Below are positions 1 through 8,278 of a stretch of 24,000 nucleotides of DNA, one piece after another (within the stretch, counting starts at the first letter, position 1; each line of letters starts with the position of its first letter). The translations under genes were made by a program, and so were the position numbers. The notes under the pieces were generated by a model. That model saw only the letters and a list, made by a program, of their open reading frames with translations, did not search any database and had not been told where the DNA came from. The stretch is from Desulfatiglandales bacterium (GTDB lineage Bacteria > Desulfobacterota > DSM-4660 > Desulfatiglandales > Desulfatiglandaceae): the NCBI GenBank assembly GCA_963662465.1, contig OY759599.1:786946-810945 (forward strand), given 5' to 3'.

Positions 1-1
1 C

Positions 2-1735
2 AACCATCCCGTTGCCTATGCGACCATCTCCCGTAACATAGAGAAAGATCTAGGACTTTCGGCACACACCATCGAACCATCAAACCTGGGCCGGGTGGAT
101 ACCTTCCCCTTCGAAGAAAAGGCGCTTCTCAAATGGGCGGGGATACTCATTTTGAAAGGGGAATACCGGCAGGCCCTGACGCTCATCTCAGAACGCCGAC
201 GAAGCTTCTGGGCGGATCGAACACTTGAGCGGCAATCCCAGTGGACCGCCTGCCGACTCATGGCCCGGCTGGGGGAGCGCATCCAAACGGCCCGAAAGGG
301 GCTTTTAAAAACCGGCCATGCGCCTCCCCAATGGATTGATGCCTACTGCAACCCGGAGGGATGGCACAGGGTGGACCTGGCTCAGCAGCAGATGGAGGCA
401 TGGACCGCTAAAATGACCGTGGACCCGGAGGCCGAAACGGCCCTTGAAAAGGTTCGGCAGACCTATGAGGATCTGCTTCAGGATATGGCCGTGGGGTTCA
501 TGGAGGCCCTGGAGCGTTCGGGATGGATCGTAGCGGATCTGCTTCAGCAGACGGACGTACACCCAAAGATGGTGGATGGGGAAAAGACGCCTGTGGCCTA
601 TTTTCTGGTAGATGCCATGCGGTTTGCCATGGCCCATGAATTTGTGAAAATGCTCCCCATGGCAAGCGATGTGACGGTGAAACCGGCCGTAGCCGCCTGG
701 CCTACGATCACCCCAGTCGGCATGGCCGCCTTGCTGCCTGGGGCTTCAGCGGGATTTAGCGTGGTGGAATCGGGCGGGAAGCTGGCGGCTCGAATCGATA
801 ACACGGCATTACCGGATGTCAGCGCCCGGTTGAAATTTTTGAAAGCCCGGGTTCCCGGCATGAAGGAAATGCTCCTTGAAAAACTGCTGCAGATGTCCGG
901 CAAAAGGCTTACAGGTGCTGTGTCCGGGGTTCCTCTGTTGGTGGTTCGTTCCCAGGAAATTGATGCCCTGGGGGAGATGACGGGCGGGCTCATCGCCCGG
1001 CAGGTCATGGACACCATGGTGGGAAATGTAGTTCGTGCGGTTCGAAAACTGGCCGATTGCGGCATCACCCGGTTCGTGGTCACCGCGGACCATGGTCATT
1101 TGTTTACCCGGAAAAAAGAGGACGCCTTCAAGACGGATTCACCGGGTGGAAAAACCCTGGAAATCCATCGCCGTTGCTGGATCGGGCAGGGTGGCAGCAC
1201 ACCGGTCGGAACCATTCGGCTTTCCGCATCCCAATTGGGTTACGACAGCGACCTGGAATTCGTTTTTCCCAGGGGGATCGGCGTATTTAAAAGCGGAGGC
1301 GACCTGGGATATCACCATGGGGGCCTGAGTCTGCAGGAAATGATTATTCCGGTCATCAGCTTTCGCATGAAACGGGAAAAGCGCATGATGGAACCGGGAA
1401 GCATCGTTTTACTTTCGGACGTTCCTGAAAAGCTGGCCAATCGAACATTCGGCATCAAGCTGGAAATGGGGGGACTTTTCAACCAAAGCCCCCTCAAGGT
1501 TCGGCCCATACTCCTGAGCCGGGATGTGATCGTGGGAAAAGCCGGCATGGCCCTGGATGGGGATTTTGAACAGGATAGCGGTTGCGTAATTCTTCAACCC
1601 GGAAAGAAGGCCGGCGTGGGCATGCTTCTTGAAAATGAAGACTGTAAAACGATCCGGGTGATGATCCAGGATCCGGCAACGGATGCTGTACTGGCCCAAT
1701 CCGATGATATCCCCGTTAACTTAGGAACCCAATAA
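2..1735 (+). CDS. pglZ: PglZ-domain protein (BREX system), 5' end truncated by the window edge
   Basis: The frame of the listed ORF (GTG at 95) is open back to base 2 (NHPVAYATISRNIEKDLGLSAHTIEPSNLGR...). Alkaline-phosphatase-superfamily/PglZ-like segments VAYFLVDAMRFAMAHEF and RFVVTADHGHLF. Immediately followed by brxL with a TAATG overlap. Confidence 0.85.
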   Translation, partial: NHPVAYATISRNIEKDLGLSAHTIEPSNLGRVDTFPFEEKALLKWAGILILKGEYRQALTLISERRRSFWADRTLERQSQWTACRLMARLGERIQTARKGLLKTGHAPPQWIDAYCNPEGWHRVDLAQQQMEAWTAKMTVDPEAETALEKVRQTYEDLLQDMAVGFMEALERSGWIVADLLQQTDVHPKMVDGEKTPVAYFLVDAMRFAMAHEFVKMLPMASDVTVKPAVAAWPTITPVGMAALLPGASAGFSVVESGGKLAARIDNTALPDVSARLKFLKARVPGMKEMLLEKLLQMSGKRLTGAVSGVPLLVVRSQEIDALGEMTGGLIARQVMDTMVGNVVRAVRKLADCGITRFVVTADHGHLFTRKKEDAFKTDSPGGKTLEIHRRCWIGQGGSTPVGTIRLSASQLGYDSDLEFVFPRGIGVFKSGGDLGYHHGGLSLQEMIIPVISFRMKREKRMMEPGSIVLLSDVPEKLANRTFGIKLEMGGLFNQSPLKVRPILLSRDVIVGKAGMALDGDFEQDSGCVILQPGKKAGVGMLLENEDCKTIRVMIQDPATDAVLAQSDDIPVNLGTQ

Positions 1736-3783
1736 TGGAAGAAAAATATACTCAGATCCCGGAGCGGGACGCGCTGGACGATAAGATTAACCGCGTCTTT
1801 TCCGGACGGGTGGTGCGAAAGGATCTGGTCAGAAAAGTGAAGGTGGGCGCCAATGTCCCGGTATTTGTGCTGGAATTCCTGTTGGGCAAATACTGTGCGT
1901 CATCGGATGAAATGGCCATTCAGATGGGCCTTCAGGTGGTCAATAAAACTTTGGCGGAAAACTACATCGGTCCGGACGAGTCCACTCGGGCAAAGAGCCT
2001 GGTGAAGGAGGAAAACACCCACACCTTTATCGACAAGGTCAAGGTGCGCCTGGTGGATTCCGACTACTGGGCCGAAGTGGTCAATTTCGGGGACCGGTTT
2101 GTGCATGTCCCCTCCCACTACGTGCGGGAATATGACCGACTGCTCATGGGCGGCGTCTGGTCTCAGGTGGACCTGCGGTTTGATTACGACGAAGAGAGCC
2201 GGGGGAAACACCCTTTCTGGATTGACAAGCTGGCCCCTATCCAGATCGCCACCTTTGACATCAATGACTATTGCAGCTTGCGGACGGAATTTACTTCCGA
2301 AGAATGGGTGGATTTGCTGGTGCGGAGCATGGGCTATGAAGCTGGGGAAATGGACCGGCGATTGAAGCTGCATTTTCTCATTCGCCTTCTTCCCCTCTGT
2401 GAACGCAATTACAACCTGGTAGAGCTGGGACCCCGGGGAACCGGTAAGAGCTTCGTTATTCAGGAAATTTCTCCCTACTGCGCCCTGTTGACCGGCCCTA
2501 CCACCGTGGCCAATATGTTTGGGCACATGAGCGGTCGGCACAAGGGAATGGTTTCCATCTGGGACGTGGTGGGCTTTGACGAGGTAGCCGATCTTCAGAA
2601 GATGCCCAAAGAAGTCATCACAACCCTCAAAACCTACTGCGAATCGGGCACCTTCCAGCGGGGCAAGGACGCGGATTCAGGGAATGCCGGCATCGTCATG
2701 TTCGGAAACACCAACCAGCCCATCGACGTCATGGTGCAAACAGGCCATCTCTTCGCTCCCATGCCGGATGTGATCCGGGACGACATGGCCTTTATCGACC
2801 GCATCCATTTCTACCTGCCCGGCTGGGAAATTCCAAAAATGCGGGTGGAGCTGTTCACCCGACATTACGGCTTTGTGGTGGATTATCTGGCTGAGGCCTT
2901 AAGGGCTTTGCGCAAACATAACTTCACCGAGGTTATCGACCAGCATTTCAGCCTTGGTTCCCACTTAAATGCCCGGGACCGGAAGGCCGTTAGAAAGACA
3001 GTATCGGGCCTCATGAAGATCCTCTACCCTAACGGCGAGGCGACCTCTGACGAGCTGAAGGAAATCACGGAACTGGCCCTTGAAGGCCGCCGAAGAGTTA
3101 AAGAACAGCTCAAGAAGATGGGCTCCTTTGAATATTATCACACCTCCTTCAGCTACATGGAAAAGGAGACCGGCGAAGAACACTTTGTGGGCACGCCCGA
3201 AATGGGCGGTCGGGGCCTCATTTCATCAGACCCCCTGGCCCCGGGAACCGTTTACAGCGCCACCGTCAACGCCGAAGGCACGGTGGGCATGTACCGCATC
3301 GAGGTGAGTGTATCGCCGGGGACCGGGAAGCTCAAAACTGCGGGTGGAGTTTCCGGGATTACCAAGGAATCCATCCAGCGTGCCTTTGGCTACCTGGCCG
3401 CCACCAAAGGTGAGCTGGGTCTGGCCCGTGAAGTAGACAATTCCGATTTTCATGTGGAGGTCTTGGATCTCTTGAACAACAAGGTTCAGGGAGAACTGGG
3501 GGTGGCCTTTTTCGTGGCCGTTTTTTCCGCCATCCGCAAGAGTCCCGCAACACCGGCAACCCTGATTATCGGCGACATGAGCATCCAGGGCAACATCAAG
3601 CCTGCCCGCTCCCTGGTGGAACCCCTTCAGGTGGCCAAAGACAACGGCGCCAAACGCGCGCTCATTCCCATCGAAAACAAACGCAACTTCCTGGATGTGG
3701 ATGCCGACATCATGGAACACGTGGACCCGGTCTTTTATGGGGAACCGAGGGCGGCGGCTTTGAAAGCCCTGGCGTTGAGTTAA
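1735..3783 (+). CDS. brxL: BREX Lon-like protease/AAA+ protein BrxL
   Basis: 682 aa. Walker A-like GPRGTGKS, characteristic FGHMSGRHKGMVSIWDVVGFDEVADLQKMPKEVITTLKTYCESG...GNTNQP, C-terminal Lon-like GDMSIQGNIKPARSLVEPLQVAKDNGAKRALIP. Start ATG overlaps the pglZ stop by 1 nt. Confidence 0.93.
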   Translation: MEEKYTQIPERDALDDKINRVFSGRVVRKDLVRKVKVGANVPVFVLEFLLGKYCASSDEMAIQMGLQVVNKTLAENYIGPDESTRAKSLVKEENTHTFIDKVKVRLVDSDYWAEVVNFGDRFVHVPSHYVREYDRLLMGGVWSQVDLRFDYDEESRGKHPFWIDKLAPIQIATFDINDYCSLRTEFTSEEWVDLLVRSMGYEAGEMDRRLKLHFLIRLLPLCERNYNLVELGPRGTGKSFVIQEISPYCALLTGPTTVANMFGHMSGRHKGMVSIWDVVGFDEVADLQKMPKEVITTLKTYCESGTFQRGKDADSGNAGIVMFGNTNQPIDVMVQTGHLFAPMPDVIRDDMAFIDRIHFYLPGWEIPKMRVELFTRHYGFVVDYLAEALRALRKHNFTEVIDQHFSLGSHLNARDRKAVRKTVSGLMKILYPNGEATSDELKEITELALEGRRRVKEQLKKMGSFEYYHTSFSYMEKETGEEHFVGTPEMGGRGLISSDPLAPGTVYSATVNAEGTVGMYRIEVSVSPGTGKLKTAGGVSGITKESIQRAFGYLAATKGELGLAREVDNSDFHVEVLDLLNNKVQGELGVAFFVAVFSAIRKSPATPATLIIGDMSIQGNIKPARSLVEPLQVAKDNGAKRALIPIENKRNFLDVDADIMEHVDPVFYGEPRAAALKALALS

Positions 3784-3862
3784 TAGGGGCATTATTCTTA
3801 AAAAACGACCCGGCTTTAAAAACTGGAGAAGTGATGCACGTTTTATCGAAGGACGTCATGCC

Positions 3863-3884
3863 AAGAGCGTAACGCCCTTTTTTT
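3863..3884 (+). terminator. Possible weak rho-independent terminator downstream of brxL
   Basis: aagagcg-taa-cgcccttttttt: short imperfect stem (GCG/CGC core, AAG/CTT flank, one mismatch) followed by a T-tract, about 80 nt after the brxL stop. Confidence 0.3.
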
Positions 3885-3995
3885 GATTGTTTCAAAGGGT
3901 GAATTGGCGTAACCTGAGAACTGTTGAAACATGAAAGATGTGAGACTTGGACTTACAGACCTCCCGGAAAACAGTTCGGAATTCCATGATGTGTT

Positions 3996-4271
3996 ATGAC
4001 TGAAATTCTCAGCATGAAAACCGTCTTTGTTTTTCCCAGCCTCATCGCTTTGATGCTGTTCGTCTGCATGCTTTATGTGTACCGAAAGGGCAGAACATAT
4101 CAGGGTTTCAGGCATTGGGCCCTTGCGTCCTTGTTGTATGCGCTTGGCAGCTGTCTGATTTTATTGCGGAATATTGCCTCCGATCTGGTCAGCATCATAG
4201 CGGCCAATATTCTGCTGATCGCCTCCATGTTGATAATCTCCCAGCGGGCTTGTCGAAATTACGCCAAATAA
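3996..4271 (+). pseudogene. Truncated multi-TM membrane-domain protein, resembling the N-terminal module of GGDEF/sensor proteins
   Basis: 91-aa ORF MKTVFVFPSLIALMLFVCMLYVYRKGRTYQGFRHWALASLLYALGSCLILLRNIASDLVSIIAANILLIASMLIISQ. Hydrophobic helices with the FRHWALASLLYALG...S.I.AN pattern typical ahead of GGDEF domains. It stops directly after the TM segment with no downstream domain. Confidence 0.5.
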
Positions 4272-4367
4272 ATGCTTCATCCAGAATCATCTTCATGTTA
4301 TAAACTTGAATTTGAGTTTCATGTGTTATCGTTGTATTCATGTGAACAAACTAAGGGAGGGATAAAT

Positions 4368-4685
4368 ATGGAAAATCCCAGAACGCGAAGTGCCCGAACG
4401 GTTTTGCGAGAATGTTTCTGGGGAGATTATCAATTAACCGCCGAAGAACTGCTCCACAGGCTGGATAAAAATGATGTTGGATTTGACCGTTTCGTGTTTT
4501 CCAAGATTGTGGAAAACAGCGATTATCCTTCTCGGCATATTCGTGTACTGTTTCATCCGGACAAATGGCAAAAACTGCTGGATCGTTACATGAAAGCAGG
4601 CGGAAATTCAAAAAGACTTCGCCTCGTGGCAGCCAACATGACGGGAGACTACGATCTGGCAAAGGAATATGCATGGGGAATTTAG
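4368..4685 (+). CDS. Small hypothetical protein, candidate antitoxin partner of the downstream nucleotidyltransferase
   Basis: ATG at 4368 preceded by AGGGAGG; 105 aa (MENPRTRSARTVLRECFWGDYQLTAEELLHRLDKN...). Its stop (4683-4685) overlaps the start of the next gene (ATG 4673). Confidence 0.7.
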   Translation: MENPRTRSARTVLRECFWGDYQLTAEELLHRLDKNDVGFDRFVFSKIVENSDYPSRHIRVLFHPDKWQKLLDRYMKAGGNSKRLRLVAANMTGDYDLAKEYAWGI

Positions 4686-5314
4686 ACTACCGTATGTTGT
4701 ACCGCATTCAGGATCGGGTGCTAAAAATTGTTTCAAGTGCTGATACCCACTTTTACCTCACTGGAGGCACTTGTTTGAATCGGTTTTATTTTGAAAAGCG
4801 GCACTCCGCGGACTTGGATTTTTTCTCCAACGAGAGCAACCTGTTTCGAGAAGATGTTCGAATGCTGCTGGATGTGTTCAATGCAAACGATTCTAAATAT
4901 GAGGTCTTGGTCGATGCCCGGGATTTTGTAAGGCTTTTGATGTCATCTGTACTCAAAGTCGATGTGGTCAACGACAGGGTTTACCGTTTCGGCAGAAATA
5001 TCAGAACTCCTGACGGTCTCATCTTGGACAACACCCTGAATATTGCCGCAAACAAGATATGCGCAGTTCTGGGGCGGGACGAACCCAAGGATGTGTTTGA
5101 CCTGTATACCTTGTTTTGTCACGCAGGGTTGGACTGGGACAATGTCCTTGCCGTGTCGAGAAGAAAATGCGCTTTTGAAACGGAAGTTCTCGAATACCGG
5201 CTGAGGTCATTTCCCATCCACCTGGTGGATTTTCTGCCGGTTCTGTCACCATCGTTCCTGAGGGATTTTAAGGCAGGCTATGGTGGAATGGTGGCGGCTA
5301 TTTGTGCTGTTTAG
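4673..5314 (+). CDS. AbiEii/AbiGii-like nucleotidyltransferase-fold protein (putative toxin)
   Basis: YLTGGTCLNRFYFEKRHSADLDFFS matches the nucleotidyltransferase GG...R.S.DLDF motif; later KICAVLGRDEPKDVFDLYTLF matches the K..A...R...KD..DL motif. Start is ATG 4673 or 4694, not the 4565 start of the ORF track. Confidence 0.75.
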   Translation: MGNLDYRMLYRIQDRVLKIVSSADTHFYLTGGTCLNRFYFEKRHSADLDFFSNESNLFREDVRMLLDVFNANDSKYEVLVDARDFVRLLMSSVLKVDVVNDRVYRFGRNIRTPDGLILDNTLNIAANKICAVLGRDEPKDVFDLYTLFCHAGLDWDNVLAVSRRKCAFETEVLEYRLRSFPIHLVDFLPVLSPSFLRDFKAGYGGMVAAICAV

Positions 5315-5437
5315 CGGGTGAGCGGCTCAGCATCCATTCTCTTGACCGCCCCGACTTGCCAGGTGATTGATCACAACCGTTTTGAACCCATTTTTTTTGC
5401 GTTGGTTCGCTTTAAGCCAATTTAAAGGAGCTCGATT

Positions 5438-6409
5438 ATGGCAAAACCGAAGTGTAAAATTTGTAATGATAAACGCGCCAAAAGAAAATGTTCGGTATAC
5501 AATGATCAATTCATCTGCCCTTCATGCTGTGCTGATTTGCGCAACGAGGCATGTGAAGGGTGTCGTTATTACCAGGCCGCAGTCAGATATGAAGGATCGA
5601 AAACAGAAGCCAAAACGAAGAAAAAGTTCATCATGGAAATCAATGAGGAGGTTGAAGACGCTGTTGACGGCGCCATGAAATGGGTGGGGGAAGGGAATTT
5701 CAAAAAAGCACGCGGCATACTCCATGATCTCGATAAACAGCACCCCGGGAATCATTTAGTCATGTATGGGTTTGGAACGGCGTGCGCTCTCGAAGACAAT
5801 CTTGAAGATGCCATAGAATATTTTAATAAAGCCATTGAGATTTTTCCCTATTTTGCTCATGCCTATTACAATCTGGGCGCCGCCTATCAAAAGAAATACG
5901 ATCTGCGAAAATCCGTTGATTGTATGCAGCGGGTCATTGACATCGGAGGAGATGATGAATTGGTTCAGAAGGCACGGGATTTAATCCGATTTCTTGAAAA
6001 AATGGTCATGAAAAACTCCAAAATCAGTCTGGATGAATATTTGAAAGCCCAGGATTTGTTTGAAGCCGCATTTTCCCATATGGAGAAGGGCCGATGGGAA
6101 CGGGCTATTCCAGAATTCCGGAAATGTATTAAAATCAATCCGGATCATGCGCAGAGCTATGGGAATATGGGCCTTTGCCATGCCCAATTGGGTGAGAAAT
6201 CAAAAGCATTGGCCGCTTTCGACGAGGCATTGAAAATTGACCCCGAATATGAACCGGCGATTGTCAACAAGACCCATGTAGAAAAAATGCGGGATGGTGA
6301 GCCTTCGACCATTCTGCCAATGGAATCCATCGAGTATTATCGGGAGTATCCCCACAGGAAGAAGAGTTATATTCAATCTCTTTTGAACAAAGCTGAGGAG
6401 GATTCATAG
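5438..6409 (+). CDS. TPR-repeat protein with N-terminal Cys-rich (putative Zn-binding) segment
   Basis: N-terminus CKICNDKRAKRKCSVYNDQFICPSCCADLRNEACEGC. TPR-like repeats, e.g. HLVMYGFGTACALEDNLEDAIEYFNKAIEIFP, AHAYYNLGAAYQKKYDLRKSVDCMQRVIDI, AQSYGNMGLCHAQLGEKSKALAAFDEALKIDP. Start follows AAAGGAG. Confidence 0.8.
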   Translation: MAKPKCKICNDKRAKRKCSVYNDQFICPSCCADLRNEACEGCRYYQAAVRYEGSKTEAKTKKKFIMEINEEVEDAVDGAMKWVGEGNFKKARGILHDLDKQHPGNHLVMYGFGTACALEDNLEDAIEYFNKAIEIFPYFAHAYYNLGAAYQKKYDLRKSVDCMQRVIDIGGDDELVQKARDLIRFLEKMVMKNSKISLDEYLKAQDLFEAAFSHMEKGRWERAIPEFRKCIKINPDHAQSYGNMGLCHAQLGEKSKALAAFDEALKIDPEYEPAIVNKTHVEKMRDGEPSTILPMESIEYYREYPHRKKSYIQSLLNKAEEDS

Positions 6410-6437
6410 AAGGGCGTTGCTCTTTTGAAAACACCCG

Positions 6438-7532
6438 CTACCTGAAATACTGCTTCAATTTCTCAAGATCGTTTCCCACTTCGGCCAGGGCCAGCATCAA
6501 CAACAGACGCGCTTTGGTTCCCATGAGGTCTCCGGCCAAAATGGCGCCCTTTTCCGCCAGCATGCCGCCGCCTCCCTTGTCGCCGTAGGCCGGTTCCACC
6601 GAGCCGTAATAAACCCGGGTGGATATAATCACCGGAATGTTTTTTGAAAGGGCGTACAGAATGGCGTCACAGGTATCCGCATTGACATTGCCCGCGCCCA
6701 GGGCGTCAATGACCAGGCCTTTGGCCCCTTTATCCACGGCGTAACGGATGAGATCCCCATGGTCCCCGGCGAAGGTACTCAGGAACGGTACAGGGGGAAG
6801 CGTTGCGGGAAGGGGCAATTTTATTCCGTGAACCCTGTTGTTGAATCGCGTGACCTTGCCGTTATACACGTAGCCCAGATACCCCTTTTCACCGGATTGA
6901 AAGGTCTGCACATTGGTGGTCTGGGTTTTTCTCACCGCTCTTGCCCCATTGATGTAGGAATTGAGGGTTACGGTAACGCCCATTCCCTGCCCCTCCTTTG
7001 ACGAAGCCTGCACAACGGCGTTCAGGATATTGCCGGGCCCGTCCGAACAGGGGGCGGAGGCATCTTTCATGGCCCCGGTAAACACCACCGGCTTGTCGCT
7101 GTGAACGGTCAATGACAGGAAGTACGCCCCTTCGGCCATGGTGTCCGTTCCATGGGTGATCACCACGCCGGCGATATCGGGTCTTTTGATGATGTCGTTC
7201 ACTTTTCTGCTGAGTTTCAGCCAGATCTCCGGTGTCATCTGTGAGCTGTCAATGTTCATGAAATTCAAAACACCGATGTTGGCAATCTTGTCTAAACCGG
7301 GTACGGCGTTTACCAGTTCATCTCCGGTAAGTGTCGGGACAGACTTGCCGGACTTGGGATCCTTCTTTTCAGCGATGGTTCCGCCGGTGGTGACGATGGC
7401 CACATTCGGCAGTTTCGGATCGGTGACGTGGATCTTGAGATCCGAAGATTCTGCTGCCCCTGAGAAATGTGGAAAAAAGGACGATAACAAGAGTACGATG
7501 ATGAATGTGGAAAAAAGTCTTACGGGCTTCAT
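6438..7532 (-). CDS. ansB: L-asparaginase type II, exported
   Basis: Signal-peptide-like N-terminus (MKPVRLFSTFIIVLLLSSFFPHFSGA), VAIVTTGGTIAEK, and GVVITHGTDTMAEGAYFL active-site motifs. Confidence 0.93.
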   Translation of the reverse strand: MKPVRLFSTFIIVLLLSSFFPHFSGAAESSDLKIHVTDPKLPNVAIVTTGGTIAEKKDPKSGKSVPTLTGDELVNAVPGLDKIANIGVLNFMNIDSSQMTPEIWLKLSRKVNDIIKRPDIAGVVITHGTDTMAEGAYFLSLTVHSDKPVVFTGAMKDASAPCSDGPGNILNAVVQASSKEGQGMGVTVTLNSYINGARAVRKTQTTNVQTFQSGEKGYLGYVYNGKVTRFNNRVHGIKLPLPATLPPVPFLSTFAGDHGDLIRYAVDKGAKGLVIDALGAGNVNADTCDAILYALSKNIPVIISTRVYYGSVEPAYGDKGGGGMLAEKGAILAGDLMGTKARLLLMLALAEVGNDLEKLKQYFR

Positions 7533-7573
7533 AGTGTTCTCCGTTCCATAATGTCTGCAATATTTATGCTTTC

Positions 7574-7591
7574 CGTAAACTACAGTTTACG
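7574..7591. promoter_or_regulatory. Perfect palindrome upstream of ansB, candidate operator
   Basis: cgtaaact-ac-agtttacg: 8-bp arms with 2-bp spacer in the divergent ansB / toxin-antitoxin intergenic region, about 40 nt upstream of the ansB start. Confidence 0.45.
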
Positions 7592-7667
7592 CAAAAATCT
7601 TTGAAAATGTCAAATGGACAAAACACTTACCTTCCGTCGTTTTTCAAGAAGTTTTGCTTGTAAACAA

Positions 7668-7699
7668 TTCTGATAAGTAATAATGTTTTACTATCAGAA
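7668..7699. promoter_or_regulatory. Inverted repeat upstream of the AbrB-like gene, candidate autoregulatory operator or hairpin
   Basis: ttctgata-(16 nt)-tatcagaa: perfect 8-bp arms ending 21 nt before the ATG at 7721. Confidence 0.45.
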
Positions 7700-7720
7700 A
7701 ATAAAATGAGGTGCAAATGA

Positions 7721-7966
7721 ATGGAAATAAGAAAAGTCTCAATAAAATCACAGGTAACTTTGCCCAAAGAATTTGCAGGGAAACTGGTTTCAATTGAAAA
7801 CCTTTCTGAAGGGGTTATTCAGATTAAAATGGGCGAATTCATTCCCCATTCCGAGAGAATGTTTCACACGGAAGAATACAGAAAACGCCTGGAAAAGTTT
7901 GACCGATGGATGGATCAACACGAGCCTGAAGAATCAAATTTGGAAGACCTATCGGGAGACAGATGA
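7721..7966 (+). CDS. AbrB/SpoVT-like antitoxin
   Basis: 81 aa. N-terminus RKVSIKSQVTLPKEFAGKL resembles the swapped-hairpin AbrB motif (V..KGQVTIPKE..). Charged C-terminus. The gene is immediately followed by a toxin-like ORF. Confidence 0.7.
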   Translation: MEIRKVSIKSQVTLPKEFAGKLVSIENLSEGVIQIKMGEFIPHSERMFHTEEYRKRLEKFDRWMDQHEPEESNLEDLSGDR

Positions 7967-7967
7967 A

Positions 7968-8270
7968 ATGAAGGTTCGCCTTGATTTAAACAACCCCGAT
8001 TTTCAAAAAGAATGGTTTTCTTTGCAAAAAGAAGAGTTTGCAATCTCAAGGAATACGTTGAAAAAGATCGTTATGATGGATTGGCATCAGGTCTATCATG
8101 ATAGGGGCCTGAAATGGGAAAAGATTCAGTCCATAAAAACAGATAAAGGAAGGGAACTCTATACCATCCGCCTGAGCAGAAAACGCCGAGCCGTGGTATG
8201 CCGGAAAAATGATTTTATGATCTTTGTTTCACTTCATCCGGATCATGATTCCGCCTACAAGATGGCATAA
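7968..8270 (+). CDS. RelE/ParE-superfamily-like toxin
   Basis: ATG at 7968 lies 1 nt after the antitoxin stop (internal start of the listed 7773 ORF). 100 aa with GRELYTIRLSRKRRAVVCRKNDFMIFVSLHPDHDSAYK, typical of the RelE/ParE C-terminal strands. Confidence 0.65.
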   Translation: MKVRLDLNNPDFQKEWFSLQKEEFAISRNTLKKIVMMDWHQVYHDRGLKWEKIQSIKTDKGRELYTIRLSRKRRAVVCRKNDFMIFVSLHPDHDSAYKMA

Positions 8271-8278
8271 AGGCCCTC

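Noticed and set aside
4272-4685. Full 137-aa version of the partner ORF
   Set aside because: The first 32 codons have no RBS and the ATG at 4368 follows a strong AGGGAGG, so the shorter start is preferred.
5363-5374. gtgat-tg-atcac mini-palindrome upstream of the TPR gene
   Set aside because: Only 5-bp arms, too short to support on its own.
5367-5678. 103-aa ORF overlapping the TPR gene start
   Set aside because: The overlapping 5438 frame encodes a coherent Cys-cluster plus TPR protein with an RBS; this alternative has no recognisable features.
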